From contig CAVFCW010000004.1 in NCBI GenBank assembly GCA_963621245.1, positions 54,286 through 118,285 of the forward strand: a stretch of 64,000 bases of DNA, given 5' to 3'. The stretch's first letter is position 1. Every line of letters begins with the position of its first letter. The translations under genes and the position numbers were made by a program. The DNA comes from an uncultured Prevotella sp. GTDB lineage: Bacteria > Bacillota > Clostridia > Oscillospirales > Acutalibacteraceae. Of the stretch, positions 45,280 to 55,200 are shown piece after piece. The notes beneath the pieces were generated by a model that made no database searches, was not told where the DNA came from, and was given only the letters and a program-made list of their open reading frames with translations.

Positions 45280-45861
45280 ATGATTTATATCAATCAGCTT
45301 GAAAGAAAAGAAATTCCGTTTGAGCACGACCTCGATAACGGCGGTGCCGGCGAATACTCAAATGTTGCCGCAGCAGGATGCGGCCCGTGCAGCGTCTGCA
45401 TGGTTATCAATAATATGACTATGGATACTCCTTCGCTTGAGGAGATAATTAATCTTGTATATGAGGCAAAGGCAAACAGAGAGCCGGGAACGGATATGAA
45501 GCTTTTGGCTCCGCTTGTAGCCGAGAGATTTAATCTTGACTATAAATCCACGGATAACATCGGCGAGCTTATCGCTCACCTTCAAAACGGAGGCATGGCT
45601 GTCGCAAATGTCGGCGGCGACAGAGAGGGCCACATCGGTGTGTTTTCTCATGGCGGTCACTACATTGCGGTTATCGGTTTTGTAAACGGCGAGCTTTGCA
45701 TTTTAGATCCGTCATACAAGACGGATAAATTTAACGAGGACGGAAGAAGAGGATTAATAAGAGAAATTCCGCCTTACCTTTACTGCGCTCCCGAGGTTCT
45801 TGTGAGGGATACCGAGAACAGAACTCCCGGTTACTATCTTTTTTCGAGGAAGTCAAAATAA
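45280..45861 (+). CDS. C39-like (papain-fold) cysteine peptidase domain protein
   Basis: AAAGCGPCSVCMVINNM (candidate nucleophile Cys) and GGHYIAVIGFVNGELCILDPS (candidate His) fit the Peptidase_C39-like pattern. No signal peptide or ABC fusion is evident. Confidence 0.6.
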   Translation: MIYINQLERKEIPFEHDLDNGGAGEYSNVAAAGCGPCSVCMVINNMTMDTPSLEEIINLVYEAKANREPGTDMKLLAPLVAERFNLDYKSTDNIGELIAHLQNGGMAVANVGGDREGHIGVFSHGGHYIAVIGFVNGELCILDPSYKTDKFNEDGRRGLIREIPPYLYCAPEVLVRDTENRTPGYYLFSRKSK

Positions 45862-46175
45862 TGGCAAGTTATAAAGGAGAGGGCGGAGAATACGAGATTA
45901 TCGCCTTCACGATTACGGATATAGACGAGAGCGAGCAGGTGTACGAGGGTTATGCCGTTGAATATGCCGACGATGAGGATATAGATATTCTCGAGAGCTT
46001 TGACGATTTGGGCGAGGCAAACGAGGCTTTTTATAACGACGACAACGCCTACTACAAAACCCTTCAAAAGAAAGGCGAAGACTTTGTTTGTTCTTTCGTG
46101 AGAGAGTGTGTGATTTGTCACAGGGATACAGGCAGAATTTTAGCGGTTTCGCATGTGATTCCCGAGGGAAAATAA
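45861..46175 (+). CDS. hypothetical acidic protein, 104 aa
   Basis: The ATG overlaps the upstream TAA (TAATG). The protein is very Asp/Glu-rich (..YADDEDIDILESFDDLGEANEAFYNDDN..) with a C-terminal CxxC-like CVICH. I recognise no family. Confidence 0.5.
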   Translation: MASYKGEGGEYEIIAFTITDIDESEQVYEGYAVEYADDEDIDILESFDDLGEANEAFYNDDNAYYKTLQKKGEDFVCSFVRECVICHRDTGRILAVSHVIPEGK

Positions 46176-46176
46176 A

Positions 46177-47103
46177 ATGGCTGTAACGATACTTTTGATA
46201 AAAAAGATAATTTCGCTTTTTATCATAATGATGGTGGGCGTTCTAATGGTGCGCCTTAAACTTCTAAAACCGGAGGACTCAAAGCCGCTGTCGGTTTTGA
46301 TGCTCTATGCCGTTGTGCCGTGCACGATACTCAATGCGTTTCAGGTTGATTACACGCCAAATGTTTTGAGGGGGCTTGCGCTCACGGTGGCTTGCGCCAC
46401 CTTTACGCATTTATTCTGGCTTGTTTTGATTAAGCTTTTGGAAAAAACGCTCAAGACGGATGTAATCGAGAATATGTCGATAATGTACACCAATGCGGGG
46501 AATTTGATTATTCCTATTGTGACAAGCGTTTTGGGCGAGGATATGGTTATATATTCTGTCGGCTACATGGGAATTCAGCTTATTTTTATGTGGACGCACC
46601 TTGTCTCGCAAATGAGGGGAAGCCGTGGCTTTGACTTTAAGAAGATAATTACAAATGTAAATTTGATAGTCGTTTTTATTGGCATAGTGATTTTCTTAAC
46701 TCAGTTTAAATTTCCGTCTTTTGTTCAGGATGCACTCAGCTCCATAAGCTCCACAATAGGCCCGCTTGCCATGATAGTAATAGGAATGCTCATCGGCGGA
46801 ATAAAATTAAAGGAAATTGTTGTCTACAGGCGTGTTTGGCTCGTAACATTTTTGCGGCTTATAGTTTTTCCGCTCACTATACTTTTGATATTAAAGCTTG
46901 TGCCGTTATGGACGGCTGTTGACGGCGGAAAAGAAATTTTGCTCGTGTTTTTCCTCGCTTGCGTCACTCCGTCGGCATCAACCGTCACTCAGATGGCTCA
47001 GGTTTTTGAAAACGACGCCCGCTATGCAAGCGCAATAAATGTTATTTCAACGCTTGCAAGTCTTGTTACCATGCCTTTGATGGTAATGCTCTATCAGCTT
47101 TAA
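46177..47103 (+). CDS. AEC (auxin efflux carrier) family transporter
   Basis: 308 aa with about 10 hydrophobic spans. ..MYTNAGNLIIPIV.. and ..CVTPSASTVTQMAQ.. are typical of AEC permeases. Confidence 0.8.
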   Translation: MAVTILLIKKIISLFIIMMVGVLMVRLKLLKPEDSKPLSVLMLYAVVPCTILNAFQVDYTPNVLRGLALTVACATFTHLFWLVLIKLLEKTLKTDVIENMSIMYTNAGNLIIPIVTSVLGEDMVIYSVGYMGIQLIFMWTHLVSQMRGSRGFDFKKIITNVNLIVVFIGIVIFLTQFKFPSFVQDALSSISSTIGPLAMIVIGMLIGGIKLKEIVVYRRVWLVTFLRLIVFPLTILLILKLVPLWTAVDGGKEILLVFFLACVTPSASTVTQMAQVFENDARYASAINVISTLASLVTMPLMVMLYQL

Positions 47104-47144
47104 AATACTTAAAGAGTCGCATAAAAGAAAGAGAGAATTTATAA

Positions 47145-47867
47145 ATGGAAAACAAAATAACAACGGTACTTTTTGACCTTGACGGAACTTTGCTCCCCAT
47201 GGACGAAATATACTTTTCAAAGCTGTATTTTGCTGCAATGGCAAAAAAGCTTGCGCCTTACGGCTACGAGGCTCAAAGCCTTATGAAAGCGGTTAGATGC
47301 GGCGTTGTCGCCATGCATCAAAATGACGGAAGCGATCTCAACAAAAACAAGTTTTGGAAGGCGTTCGCCTCTGTTTTGGGCGAGGATAAGCTCAAAGATA
47401 TGCCCGTTTTCGAGGAATTTTACAGAACAGACTTTGTGGCGGCAAAGGAAAGCTGCGGCTTTAACCCAAAAGCAAAGGAGACGGTCGATTACATAAAGTC
47501 AAAAGGCTTTAGGGTGGCTCTTGCCACGAATCCGATTTTTCCCTCGATTGCAACCGAGAGAAGAATTAAGTGGGCGGGACTTGATAAGAGCGACTTTGAG
47601 CTTTTTACAACCTACGAGAATTACAGCTACTGCAAGCCGAACCCGAAATATTACTCCGAGGTGTGCGAAAAGCTGAATGTCGATCCGAAAAACTGCCTGA
47701 TGATAGGTAATGACGCAACAGAGGACACGGCAGCCGAAAAACTCGGCATTAGGGTGTTTCTTTTAACCGACTGTTTGATAAATAACAACGGCGTCGATAT
47801 AAGCGCTTACCCAAATGGCGGATTTGACGACCTCAAAAAGTATATTGATGAAATTATTGGAGAGTGA
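47145..47867 (+). CDS. HAD-superfamily hydrolase
   Basis: Motif I is VLFDLDGTLL. Motifs II-IV are ATNP, KP and GNDATED. Confidence 0.85.
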   Translation: MENKITTVLFDLDGTLLPMDEIYFSKLYFAAMAKKLAPYGYEAQSLMKAVRCGVVAMHQNDGSDLNKNKFWKAFASVLGEDKLKDMPVFEEFYRTDFVAAKESCGFNPKAKETVDYIKSKGFRVALATNPIFPSIATERRIKWAGLDKSDFELFTTYENYSYCKPNPKYYSEVCEKLNVDPKNCLMIGNDATEDTAAEKLGIRVFLLTDCLINNNGVDISAYPNGGFDDLKKYIDEIIGE

Positions 47868-47876
47868 GAAAGGCGT

Positions 47877-48749
47877 ATGTCAGAAAAACTGGTTAAGAAA
47901 AGCGAAAACAAATACAGACTTAAAAAGTGCGTTGCAATACATGATTTTTCCGGATACGGAAAATGTTCGCTTTCGGTTGCAATTCCGATACTGAACTCAA
48001 GTTTGGTGCAGACGGCATCAATTCCGACGGCGGTTTTCTCGAACCACACCGCATTCAGCGATTATTATGCATGTGATTTAACCGAGCACATGATGCCGAT
48101 AGCCAAGACATGGCAGAAGTTGAATCTTACGGCGGATGCTGTTTACACGGGATTTTTGGGAAGTCTCGAACAGATAGAGATAGTCTCCGATATTATCGAT
48201 GCTTTCACAAAAGGAAACAGGGAAGAAAAAATAATCTTTGTCGATCCCGTTATGGGCGACAACGGAAAACTTTACAAAACTTATACCGACGAAATGGCTG
48301 ACGGAGTGAAGTCTCTTTGCAAAAAGGCGGACATAATTTCTCCCAATATGACCGAGGCGGCAAGACTTCTGGGAATCGATTACAGGGAAGGCCCGTACAC
48401 ACCGGAGTTTGTCGAGAGCGTTCTGAAGGGACTTTTGAATCTCGGCGTAAAGTGTGCGGTTCTCACGGGAGTGAGATACGGCGATGACGAGATTGGTGCG
48501 GCGGCAATGGGAGAAAACGGCGAGATGTACACGGCATTTGCAAAAAGATATCCGGGATTTTTCCAAGGTACGGGAGATGTCTTTGCCTCGGTTATGTTAG
48601 GCCAGCTTTTAAGCGGCAGAGGAATAAACCATTCGCTGAAAAAGGCGGTTGAGTTCACGGGAAAATCTATAGCAAACACGGTCGAGAGCGGATTTAATCC
48701 CCTTGAGGGAGTGATTTTCGAGCCGGAGCTTGCGAGCCTTAGCGAATGA
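47877..48749 (+). CDS. pdxK: pyridoxal/pyridoxamine kinase (PdxK/ThiD ribokinase-like)
   Basis: VAIHDFSGYGKCSLSVAIPIL, VDPVMGDNGKLY, SPNMTEA and GTGDVFASV. Confidence 0.85.
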   Translation: MSEKLVKKSENKYRLKKCVAIHDFSGYGKCSLSVAIPILNSSLVQTASIPTAVFSNHTAFSDYYACDLTEHMMPIAKTWQKLNLTADAVYTGFLGSLEQIEIVSDIIDAFTKGNREEKIIFVDPVMGDNGKLYKTYTDEMADGVKSLCKKADIISPNMTEAARLLGIDYREGPYTPEFVESVLKGLLNLGVKCAVLTGVRYGDDEIGAAAMGENGEMYTAFAKRYPGFFQGTGDVFASVMLGQLLSGRGINHSLKKAVEFTGKSIANTVESGFNPLEGVIFEPELASLSE

Positions 48750-48774
48750 GAATAAGAGAAGAACGGTAAAGTAA

Positions 48775-49773
48775 TTGAAAACGAAAAAAAGTCCTGCCGA
48801 AATAAAGGCAAAGAAGCAGATAAGCGACAGAAAAAGAAAGAGAATATTTAAGATAATTCAAATAGGCGACAGGAGCAACAGAATAAGCCGCGGCTTTGAT
48901 ATATTCATAGCGGTGAATATTGCGCTCAATATAGCGGTGACGTTCATGCTCACATTTGACGAGCTTGTGAGATTTTATCCGTTTTTTTATTTTGTCGAGG
49001 CGGTGACTCTCGGAGTTTTCTGCGCCGAATATGCGCTCAGAATTTACACGGCGGATTTTCTCTATCCGAATCTTAAGCCGAGACTTGCAAGGATAAAATT
49101 TATTTTTTCCTTTAACGGAATAGTTGATTTACTCACGATTCTGCCGTTTTTCTTCCTGTCGGGAATGGTCATTTTCCGTATGCTTCGTGTGGCGAGAATT
49201 TTTCATCTTTTCAGACTCAATTCTCAGTACGACAGTTTCAACGTTATCACAACGGTTTTGCGAGAAAAGAAAAATCAGCTTATTTCCTCGATTTTTATCG
49301 TGGTCGTACTCATGCTCGGCTCAAGCCTTTGCATGTACAGTGTTGAGCACGACGCCCAGCCGACTGTTTTTGAAAATGCATTTAGCGGAATTTGGTGGAG
49401 TATGTCCACGCTTTTGACCGTCGGTTACGGCGATATTTATCCCGTAACGGCACTCGGAAGAATAATGGCTACATTCATCGCGTATCTCGGAGTCGGTGCG
49501 GTTGCGATTCCCACAGGTATTATAAGTGCGGGATTTGTCGAGCAGTATCAGAAGAAAAGCAATATCACGAATGTGAGAGATTCCGATTTGAGCGATATTG
49601 CGGAAATTCTTGTTGATTCCCGTGAGGGCGGAAAAACCGTCGGCGAGCTTCAAGAGCTTAAACAGTGCAAGATATATCTCGTTATCAGAGGCGGACTTTC
49701 CGTCATGCCGCAAAATGACACGATTCTCAAGAAGAACGATATTATCGTTGTGAGGGGCAATAAAAACAGATAA
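48775..49773 (+). CDS. voltage-gated-type K+ channel with C-terminal RCK_C/TrkA-C-like domain
   Basis: The selectivity filter is TVGYGD. The S4-like segment is FRMLRVARIFHLFRL. The C-terminal segment is GKTVGEL....KIYLVIRGG...P..DTILKKNDIIVV.G. The only in-frame start is TTG 48775, so the start is uncertain. Confidence 0.8.
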   Translation: MKTKKSPAEIKAKKQISDRKRKRIFKIIQIGDRSNRISRGFDIFIAVNIALNIAVTFMLTFDELVRFYPFFYFVEAVTLGVFCAEYALRIYTADFLYPNLKPRLARIKFIFSFNGIVDLLTILPFFFLSGMVIFRMLRVARIFHLFRLNSQYDSFNVITTVLREKKNQLISSIFIVVVLMLGSSLCMYSVEHDAQPTVFENAFSGIWWSMSTLLTVGYGDIYPVTALGRIMATFIAYLGVGAVAIPTGIISAGFVEQYQKKSNITNVRDSDLSDIAEILVDSREGGKTVGELQELKQCKIYLVIRGGLSVMPQNDTILKKNDIIVVRGNKNR

Positions 49774-49779
49774 AAAATA

Positions 49780-49816
49780 ACGCTCCGTGGTTTAACCGTC
49801 ACGGAGCGTGTTTTGT
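49780..49816. terminator. bidirectional terminator between the K+ channel and MATE genes
   Basis: Stem ACGCTCCGTG / CACGGAGCGT (10 bp), with an A-run upstream and GTTTTGTCTTT downstream. Confidence 0.8.
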
Positions 49817-49824
49817 CTTTACAA

Positions 49825-51219
49825 TTAATTTGATTTTTGAGCGGCGGCTTTTTCAAGCTTTTTAACCATGTTTACAAGAATGATTACGGAGGCGATTGAG
49901 AGGATAAATTCCGCAATGCCCTGAGCCATGCAAAGGCCGTACTCTGCAAAGATATGGTTGAGAAGTATGAGAAGGGGAATTTCCAGCACGATTTTTCTCA
50001 AGACGGCAAAGATAAGCGTCAAGCCGCCCTTGCCGATTGCCTGACAGCAGCCAACGCCGATGAAGTCGACGCAAAGGAAGGTTATGCCGAGGGCATAGCA
50101 CTTGAGATAGAACGAACCGTAAGAAACGATGGTGGCGTCTTTCATGAACAGAGAGATAAGCGATCCCGAGAAAACGAAGAACAAAACGGCAACGGCAACG
50201 AGGAACGCGACGGCAACCTTGTAAGTGAAGAGCATGGCTTTTTTCATGCGACTTATGTTTCCGCTTGCGTAGTTATATCCGATGAGCGGCATAACTCCCT
50301 GAGATGTGCCCATGCAGATTTGCATCGGAACGAGATAGACTTTGTAGGCGATTCCAACGGCGGCAACAACGCTTGCGCCGTAGCCGGCGGCGAAGTTGTT
50401 GAGTATGGTCATTCCCGTCACATTCAAAAGGTTTTGTATGGCGGCCGGAACTCCCACGCTGAAAACTCCTGTGGCAATCGACTTTGTGGGAATTGCCATT
50501 TTTGGATTTATGCAGACAAAGGTTTGACCTCTTTTTCTTATGAGATAAACAAAGAAGTAAACAATAGCGCATATATTTCCGAGAAGTGTGGCAAGGCCTG
50601 CGCCGCCCGCACCCATGTCAAGTCCCCAAGGGAGAATGAACACGGGGTCGAGTACCATATTTACTATGCATCCGAGAATTGTTCCGATTCCCGCCTGAGA
50701 GGATGCGCCCTCTGAGCGGATGAAGTAGGCGAGAACAACATTTAATATTGCCGGTACTGCGCCGAAAGTAACGGTCCAGAGGCAGTAGGATTTTGTTGCC
50801 GCCAGTGTTTCGCTTGTTGCGCCCAGTAACTTAAGGCACGGAGTTTCAAAAAGTGCGAAAAGAACGGAGTAGAGGAGCGCAAAGATGAAACAGCACCAAA
50901 AAGAAAAGCTTGAGCTTCTTTTAACTGCTTCAAAGTTTTTTGCGCCGAGCGCTCTGCTCATCATGCTTGAGCCGCCCACGCCGAAAAGGTTATTGATTGC
51001 GTTAAACGCCAAAAGGAGCGTGGCTGCAATGGTGACGGCGGCGGTCTGAATGGGGTCGTTCAGCATACCGACAAAGTAAGTGTCCGTGAGGTTGTAGACG
51101 ACCATGACCAGTGACGAAAGAACCATGGGAATCGAAAGATTCATGACGGCTTTCGGTATGGGCATAGTCTCAAATAATTCTGTTTTGTTGTTTTTCGATG
51201 AGGTCGTTTCTTTTGCCAT
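49825..51219 (-). CDS. MATE-family efflux transporter
   Basis: 464 aa with 12 hydrophobic spans. It has NLTDTYFVG, GGSSMMSRALGA and GAGGAGLAT. Confidence 0.9.
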   Translation of the reverse strand: MAKETTSSKNNKTELFETMPIPKAVMNLSIPMVLSSLVMVVYNLTDTYFVGMLNDPIQTAAVTIAATLLLAFNAINNLFGVGGSSMMSRALGAKNFEAVKRSSSFSFWCCFIFALLYSVLFALFETPCLKLLGATSETLAATKSYCLWTVTFGAVPAILNVVLAYFIRSEGASSQAGIGTILGCIVNMVLDPVFILPWGLDMGAGGAGLATLLGNICAIVYFFVYLIRKRGQTFVCINPKMAIPTKSIATGVFSVGVPAAIQNLLNVTGMTILNNFAAGYGASVVAAVGIAYKVYLVPMQICMGTSQGVMPLIGYNYASGNISRMKKAMLFTYKVAVAFLVAVAVLFFVFSGSLISLFMKDATIVSYGSFYLKCYALGITFLCVDFIGVGCCQAIGKGGLTLIFAVLRKIVLEIPLLILLNHIFAEYGLCMAQGIAEFILSIASVIILVNMVKKLEKAAAQKSN

Positions 51220-51236
51220 TTTGTTTGACTCCTAAA

Positions 51237-51737
51237 TCAGACTATTTCGTCGTGCGGCTTTCCGCCGAGATTGATGTATTCCTGTCTTAAAACCTTTGCG
51301 AAGATTTCAAGATCGTCTTTGTCTATTCCCTTGATGAGCATATTTTGATAGTTCATTTGAATTTCTCTTATTTTACCGCAAAGGGGGAGCGCTTCTTCCG
51401 TTATTGTAAGTTTTATTTTTCTGCGGTTGTTTTTGTCGTGCTCTCTCGTGAGATAGCCTTTATTTACAAGCTTGTTCACGGCTTCGGACGCGTGAGATTT
51501 TGAAATTCCTCTTATCTCAACGAGGTCGCATGCGCAGTGATACTGCGGATGATTGTAGAGAAACGCTATTACGTCGATTTCTCCTCTGGAAATTCCCGTT
51601 TCCTTTTGTAGTTCCGAGAACATACCGTAATATTTTTCTCCCATGAACGGCACGATTATAAGAGCGTTGCCGCCGACGCAGGGAATGGGCATCAAATCGG
51701 GATTCTGCGGTGATTTTTCGTTTGGTGAGTTATTCAT
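51237..51737 (-). CDS. MarR-family transcriptional regulator
   Basis: Winged helix-turn-helix (CACDLVEIRGISKSHASEAVNKLVNKGYLTREHDKNNRRK). It lies immediately upstream of the MATE gene on the same strand. Confidence 0.85.
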   Translation of the reverse strand: MNNSPNEKSPQNPDLMPIPCVGGNALIIVPFMGEKYYGMFSELQKETGISRGEIDVIAFLYNHPQYHCACDLVEIRGISKSHASEAVNKLVNKGYLTREHDKNNRRKIKLTITEEALPLCGKIREIQMNYQNMLIKGIDKDDLEIFAKVLRQEYINLGGKPHDEIV

Positions 51738-51778
51738 ATAAGTTCCTTTTCTTTACAGTTCCGTTTGCGAACAGTTGC

Positions 51779-51823
51779 ATTTTACACCGAGTGGCGGCTT
51801 TTGTCAATGATTTTTGACAAAAG
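51779..51823 (-). promoter_or_regulatory. putative marR-MATE promoter overlapping a perfect 10-bp inverted repeat (candidate MarR operator)
   Basis: On the - strand, TTGACA (51807-51802), a 17-nt spacer, and TAAAAT (51784-51779). The palindrome CTTTTGTCAA-N6-TTGACAAAAG at 51798-51823 covers the -35. Confidence 0.5.
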
Positions 51824-51977
51824 AAAAAAAGCGAAAAAACGCCCTTGTTTTCAACTTGTTTCAACGGGTTTTTAACGAGTATTCAACACAAAACGCAAAA
51901 AACTCCGCGCGGAGAAAGCACGGAGTTTTTTTAGCGAAAATTAAAAGAAAAAAAGTGAAAATCTGCACAAATTACGC

Positions 51978-52006
51978 TTGACAAACTTTCACAAAACAAC
52001 TAAACT
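51978..52006 (+). promoter_or_regulatory. putative rpoBC promoter (TTGACA-17-TAAACT)
   Basis: TTGACA at 51978-51983 and TAAACT at 52001-52006. This would give a ~210-nt leader. Confidence 0.35.
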
Positions 52007-52219
52007 ATTATACTGTATCAATATGGATATTATGCCTTTTCGAGGCTCTGTTAGTATAATATCACAGCAAAAGTCAAAATGCAAGAAAAATATTTTGACA
52101 GCCTCAAAAAGCGTTTTAATTTGTGCGTTCTGCGATTTCTGTTCTTATGGTTATTTTGAAGAAAAGTTGTCGCATTGATCCATAAAAAAATCTTAAAAAG
52201 AAATGGAGTGGTCAATGTA

Positions 52220-55200
52220 ATGGCTAATTACAAAACCGTCAAGGTAGGAAACACTACCGTCAAGGAAGTTCCCCTCGGAAAGCAAACGAGACTGAGCTTC
52301 TCGAAGATTGACGAAGTAATTGATATGCCAAACCTCATTGAGATTCAGAAGAATTCCTTTAAGTGGTTCCAGGAAAAAGGACTCAAGGAAGTTTTTGATG
52401 ATGTCTCGGGCATAACCGATTTTAACAACAAGCTTGTTCTCGACTTTGTCGGTTATAAGTTTGACGACAAACCGAACTACAGCGTCACCGAGTGTAAGGA
52501 CAGAGACGCTACCTATTCCGTTCCGCTCAGAGTAACGGCACGTCTTTTCAACAAGGAGACCGGCGAGATTCAGACGGCCGAGGTCTTCATGGGTGATTTC
52601 CCGCTTATGACGGATTCCGGTACCTTCGTTATCAACGGTGCCGAGCGTGTTATCGTTTCTCAGCTTGTAAGAAGCCCGGGTGTTTACTACAAGATGGATT
52701 ACGATAAGACAGGTAAAGAGCTTTTCAGCGCAACGGTTATTCCTAACAGAGGTGCGTGGCTTGAGTACGAGAACGACGTAAACGATGTTTACTACGTCCG
52801 TATCGATAAGAACAGAAAGCTCCCGATCACCGTTTTCATCAGAGCTTTGGGTCTTGGAACAGATACCGAGATTCGTGAGAAATTCGGTTACGACTGCGAC
52901 ATGCTCGAGGCAACTCTCGCAAAGGACACAACAAACAACTACGAAGAGGGTCTCTTCGAGGTTTACAAGAAGCTTCGTCCTTCCGAGCCGCCGACGGTTG
53001 ACAGCGCAAAGTCTCACATTGAGGGACTTTTCTTCGACTCGAGAAGATACGACATCTCGAGAGTCGGCAGATATAAATACAACAAGAAGTTAAAGCTTGA
53101 GGGAAGACTTACAGGTCAGACCCTTTCAAGACCTATCGTTGACGAGTACACAGGCGAGATCCTTGCCGAGGCAGGCGAGTACATCTCAAGAGAGAGAGCA
53201 GCAGAGCTTGACGATCTCGGTGTATACGAGTGCTTCGTAACAGTCGGCGACAAGGAAGCGAAGATCATTTCCAACGGAATGGTCGACATCGATAAGTACG
53301 TTAAGCTTACCGATGAAGAAAAAGAGGAGTGGGGTATCAACGAGAGAGTTTGCTACCGTGCTCTTCGCGAGATTCTCGACGAGAACGACGGCGACGAGGA
53401 AGAACTCAAGAACCAGATAAGACTTCACAAGAAGGATCTTATTCCGGATCACATCACTCTTGACGATATTTTCGCAACAATCAGCTATATGCTCAACCTT
53501 ACCGTGAACCTCGGCGTCACAGACGACATCGACCACCTCGGTAACAGAAGAACAAGAAGCGTCGGCGAGCTTCTTCAGAATCAGGTGAGAATCGGTTTCT
53601 CAAGACTTGAGAGAGTTATCCGTGAGAGAATGACCCTTCAGGCTCAGGATTCAACTCAGCTTTCACCTCATTCGCTCATCAATATCCGCCCCGTTGTAGC
53701 AGCTATCAGAGAGTTCTTCGGTTCTTCTCCGCTTTCTCAGTTCATGGACCAGAACAACCCGCTCTCCGAGCTCACACATAAGAGAAGACTTTCCGCTTTG
53801 GGCCCCGGCGGTCTTTCAAGAGACCGTGCTTCGTTCGAGGTTCGAGACGTTCACTACACCCACTACGGCCGTATGTGTCCTATCGAATCACCTGAAGGAC
53901 CTAACATCGGACTTATCTCTTACCTTGCAACTTTTGCAAAAATCAATCACTACGGCTTCATCGAGACACCTTTCAGAAGAGTTGACAAAGAGACAGGCGT
54001 AGTTACCTCAGAATGCAAATATATGACAGCAGACGAAGAGGACGAGTACGTCGTAGCTCAGGCTAACGAGCCGCTCGACGAGAACGGACGTTTTGTAAAC
54101 TCCCGTGTCGTTTGCCGTTTCAGAGACGAATTCATCGAGGTTGATCCTTCCAAGATCGACTACATGGACGTTTCACCTAAGATGGTTGTTTCAGTCGCAA
54201 CCGCATGTATCCCGTTCCTCGAGAACGATGACGCAAACCGTGCTCTCATGGGATCTAACATGCAGAAGCAGGCTGTTCCGCTTCTCAAGACAGAGTCGGC
54301 TGTTGTTGCTACCGGTATGGAGTACAAGGCTGCTGTCGATTCCGGCGTTTGCGTTCTTGCAAAGAACCCCGGTGTTGTCGAGTATGTTTCGGCAGATTTA
54401 ATCAAGGTTAAGAACGATGCCGGCCTTATGGACGAGTACGAAGTAATTAAGTTCCTTCGTTCCAACCAGTCCACTTGCGTAAACCAGATTCCGTGCGTTT
54501 CCAAGGGTGAGAGAGTTGAAGCAGGCGCTGTTCTTGCTGACGGTCCCGCTATCAAGAACGGCGAGATTGCTCTCGGAAAGAACGCTCTTATCGGATTTAT
54601 GACTTGGGAAGGTTATAACTACGAGGACGCCGTTCTTCTTAACGAAAGACTTGTAAGAGACGACGTTTACACCTCAATTCACATTGAGGAATATGAAGTC
54701 GAGTGCAGAGACACCAAGCTCGGACCTGAGGATATCACAAGAGATATTCCGAACGTCGGCGAGGATATGCTCCGTGACCTCGACGAAAGAGGTATCATCC
54801 GCATCGGTGCCGAGGTTGTCGCAGGCGACATTCTCGTCGGTAAGGTTTCACCTAAGGGAGAAACAGAGCTCACAGCCGAGGAGAGACTTCTTCGTGCAAT
54901 CTTCGGTGAGAAGGCACGTGAAGTAAGGGATACTTCCTTAAGACTTCCTCACGGCGCTTACGGTACCGTTGTTGCCGTCAAGGAATTCACAAGCGAGAAC
55001 TCCAAGGAGTTAAGCCCCGGAGTTAAGCGTGTTGTCCGCTGCTACATCGCACAGAAGAGAAAAATCTCCGTCGGTGATAAGATGGCCGGTCGTCACGGTA
55101 ACAAGGGTGTTGTTTCCAGAATTCTTCCGTCTGAGGATATGCCTTTCCTCGAGGACGGTACTCCGCTTGATATCGTTCTTAACCCGTTGGGCGTTCCTTC

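Noticed and set aside
51978-52178. 66-aa ORF in the rpoB leader, starting at the TTG of the putative -35.
   Set aside because: Its start codon is the -35 hexamer itself and there is no SD. It is most likely noncoding leader.
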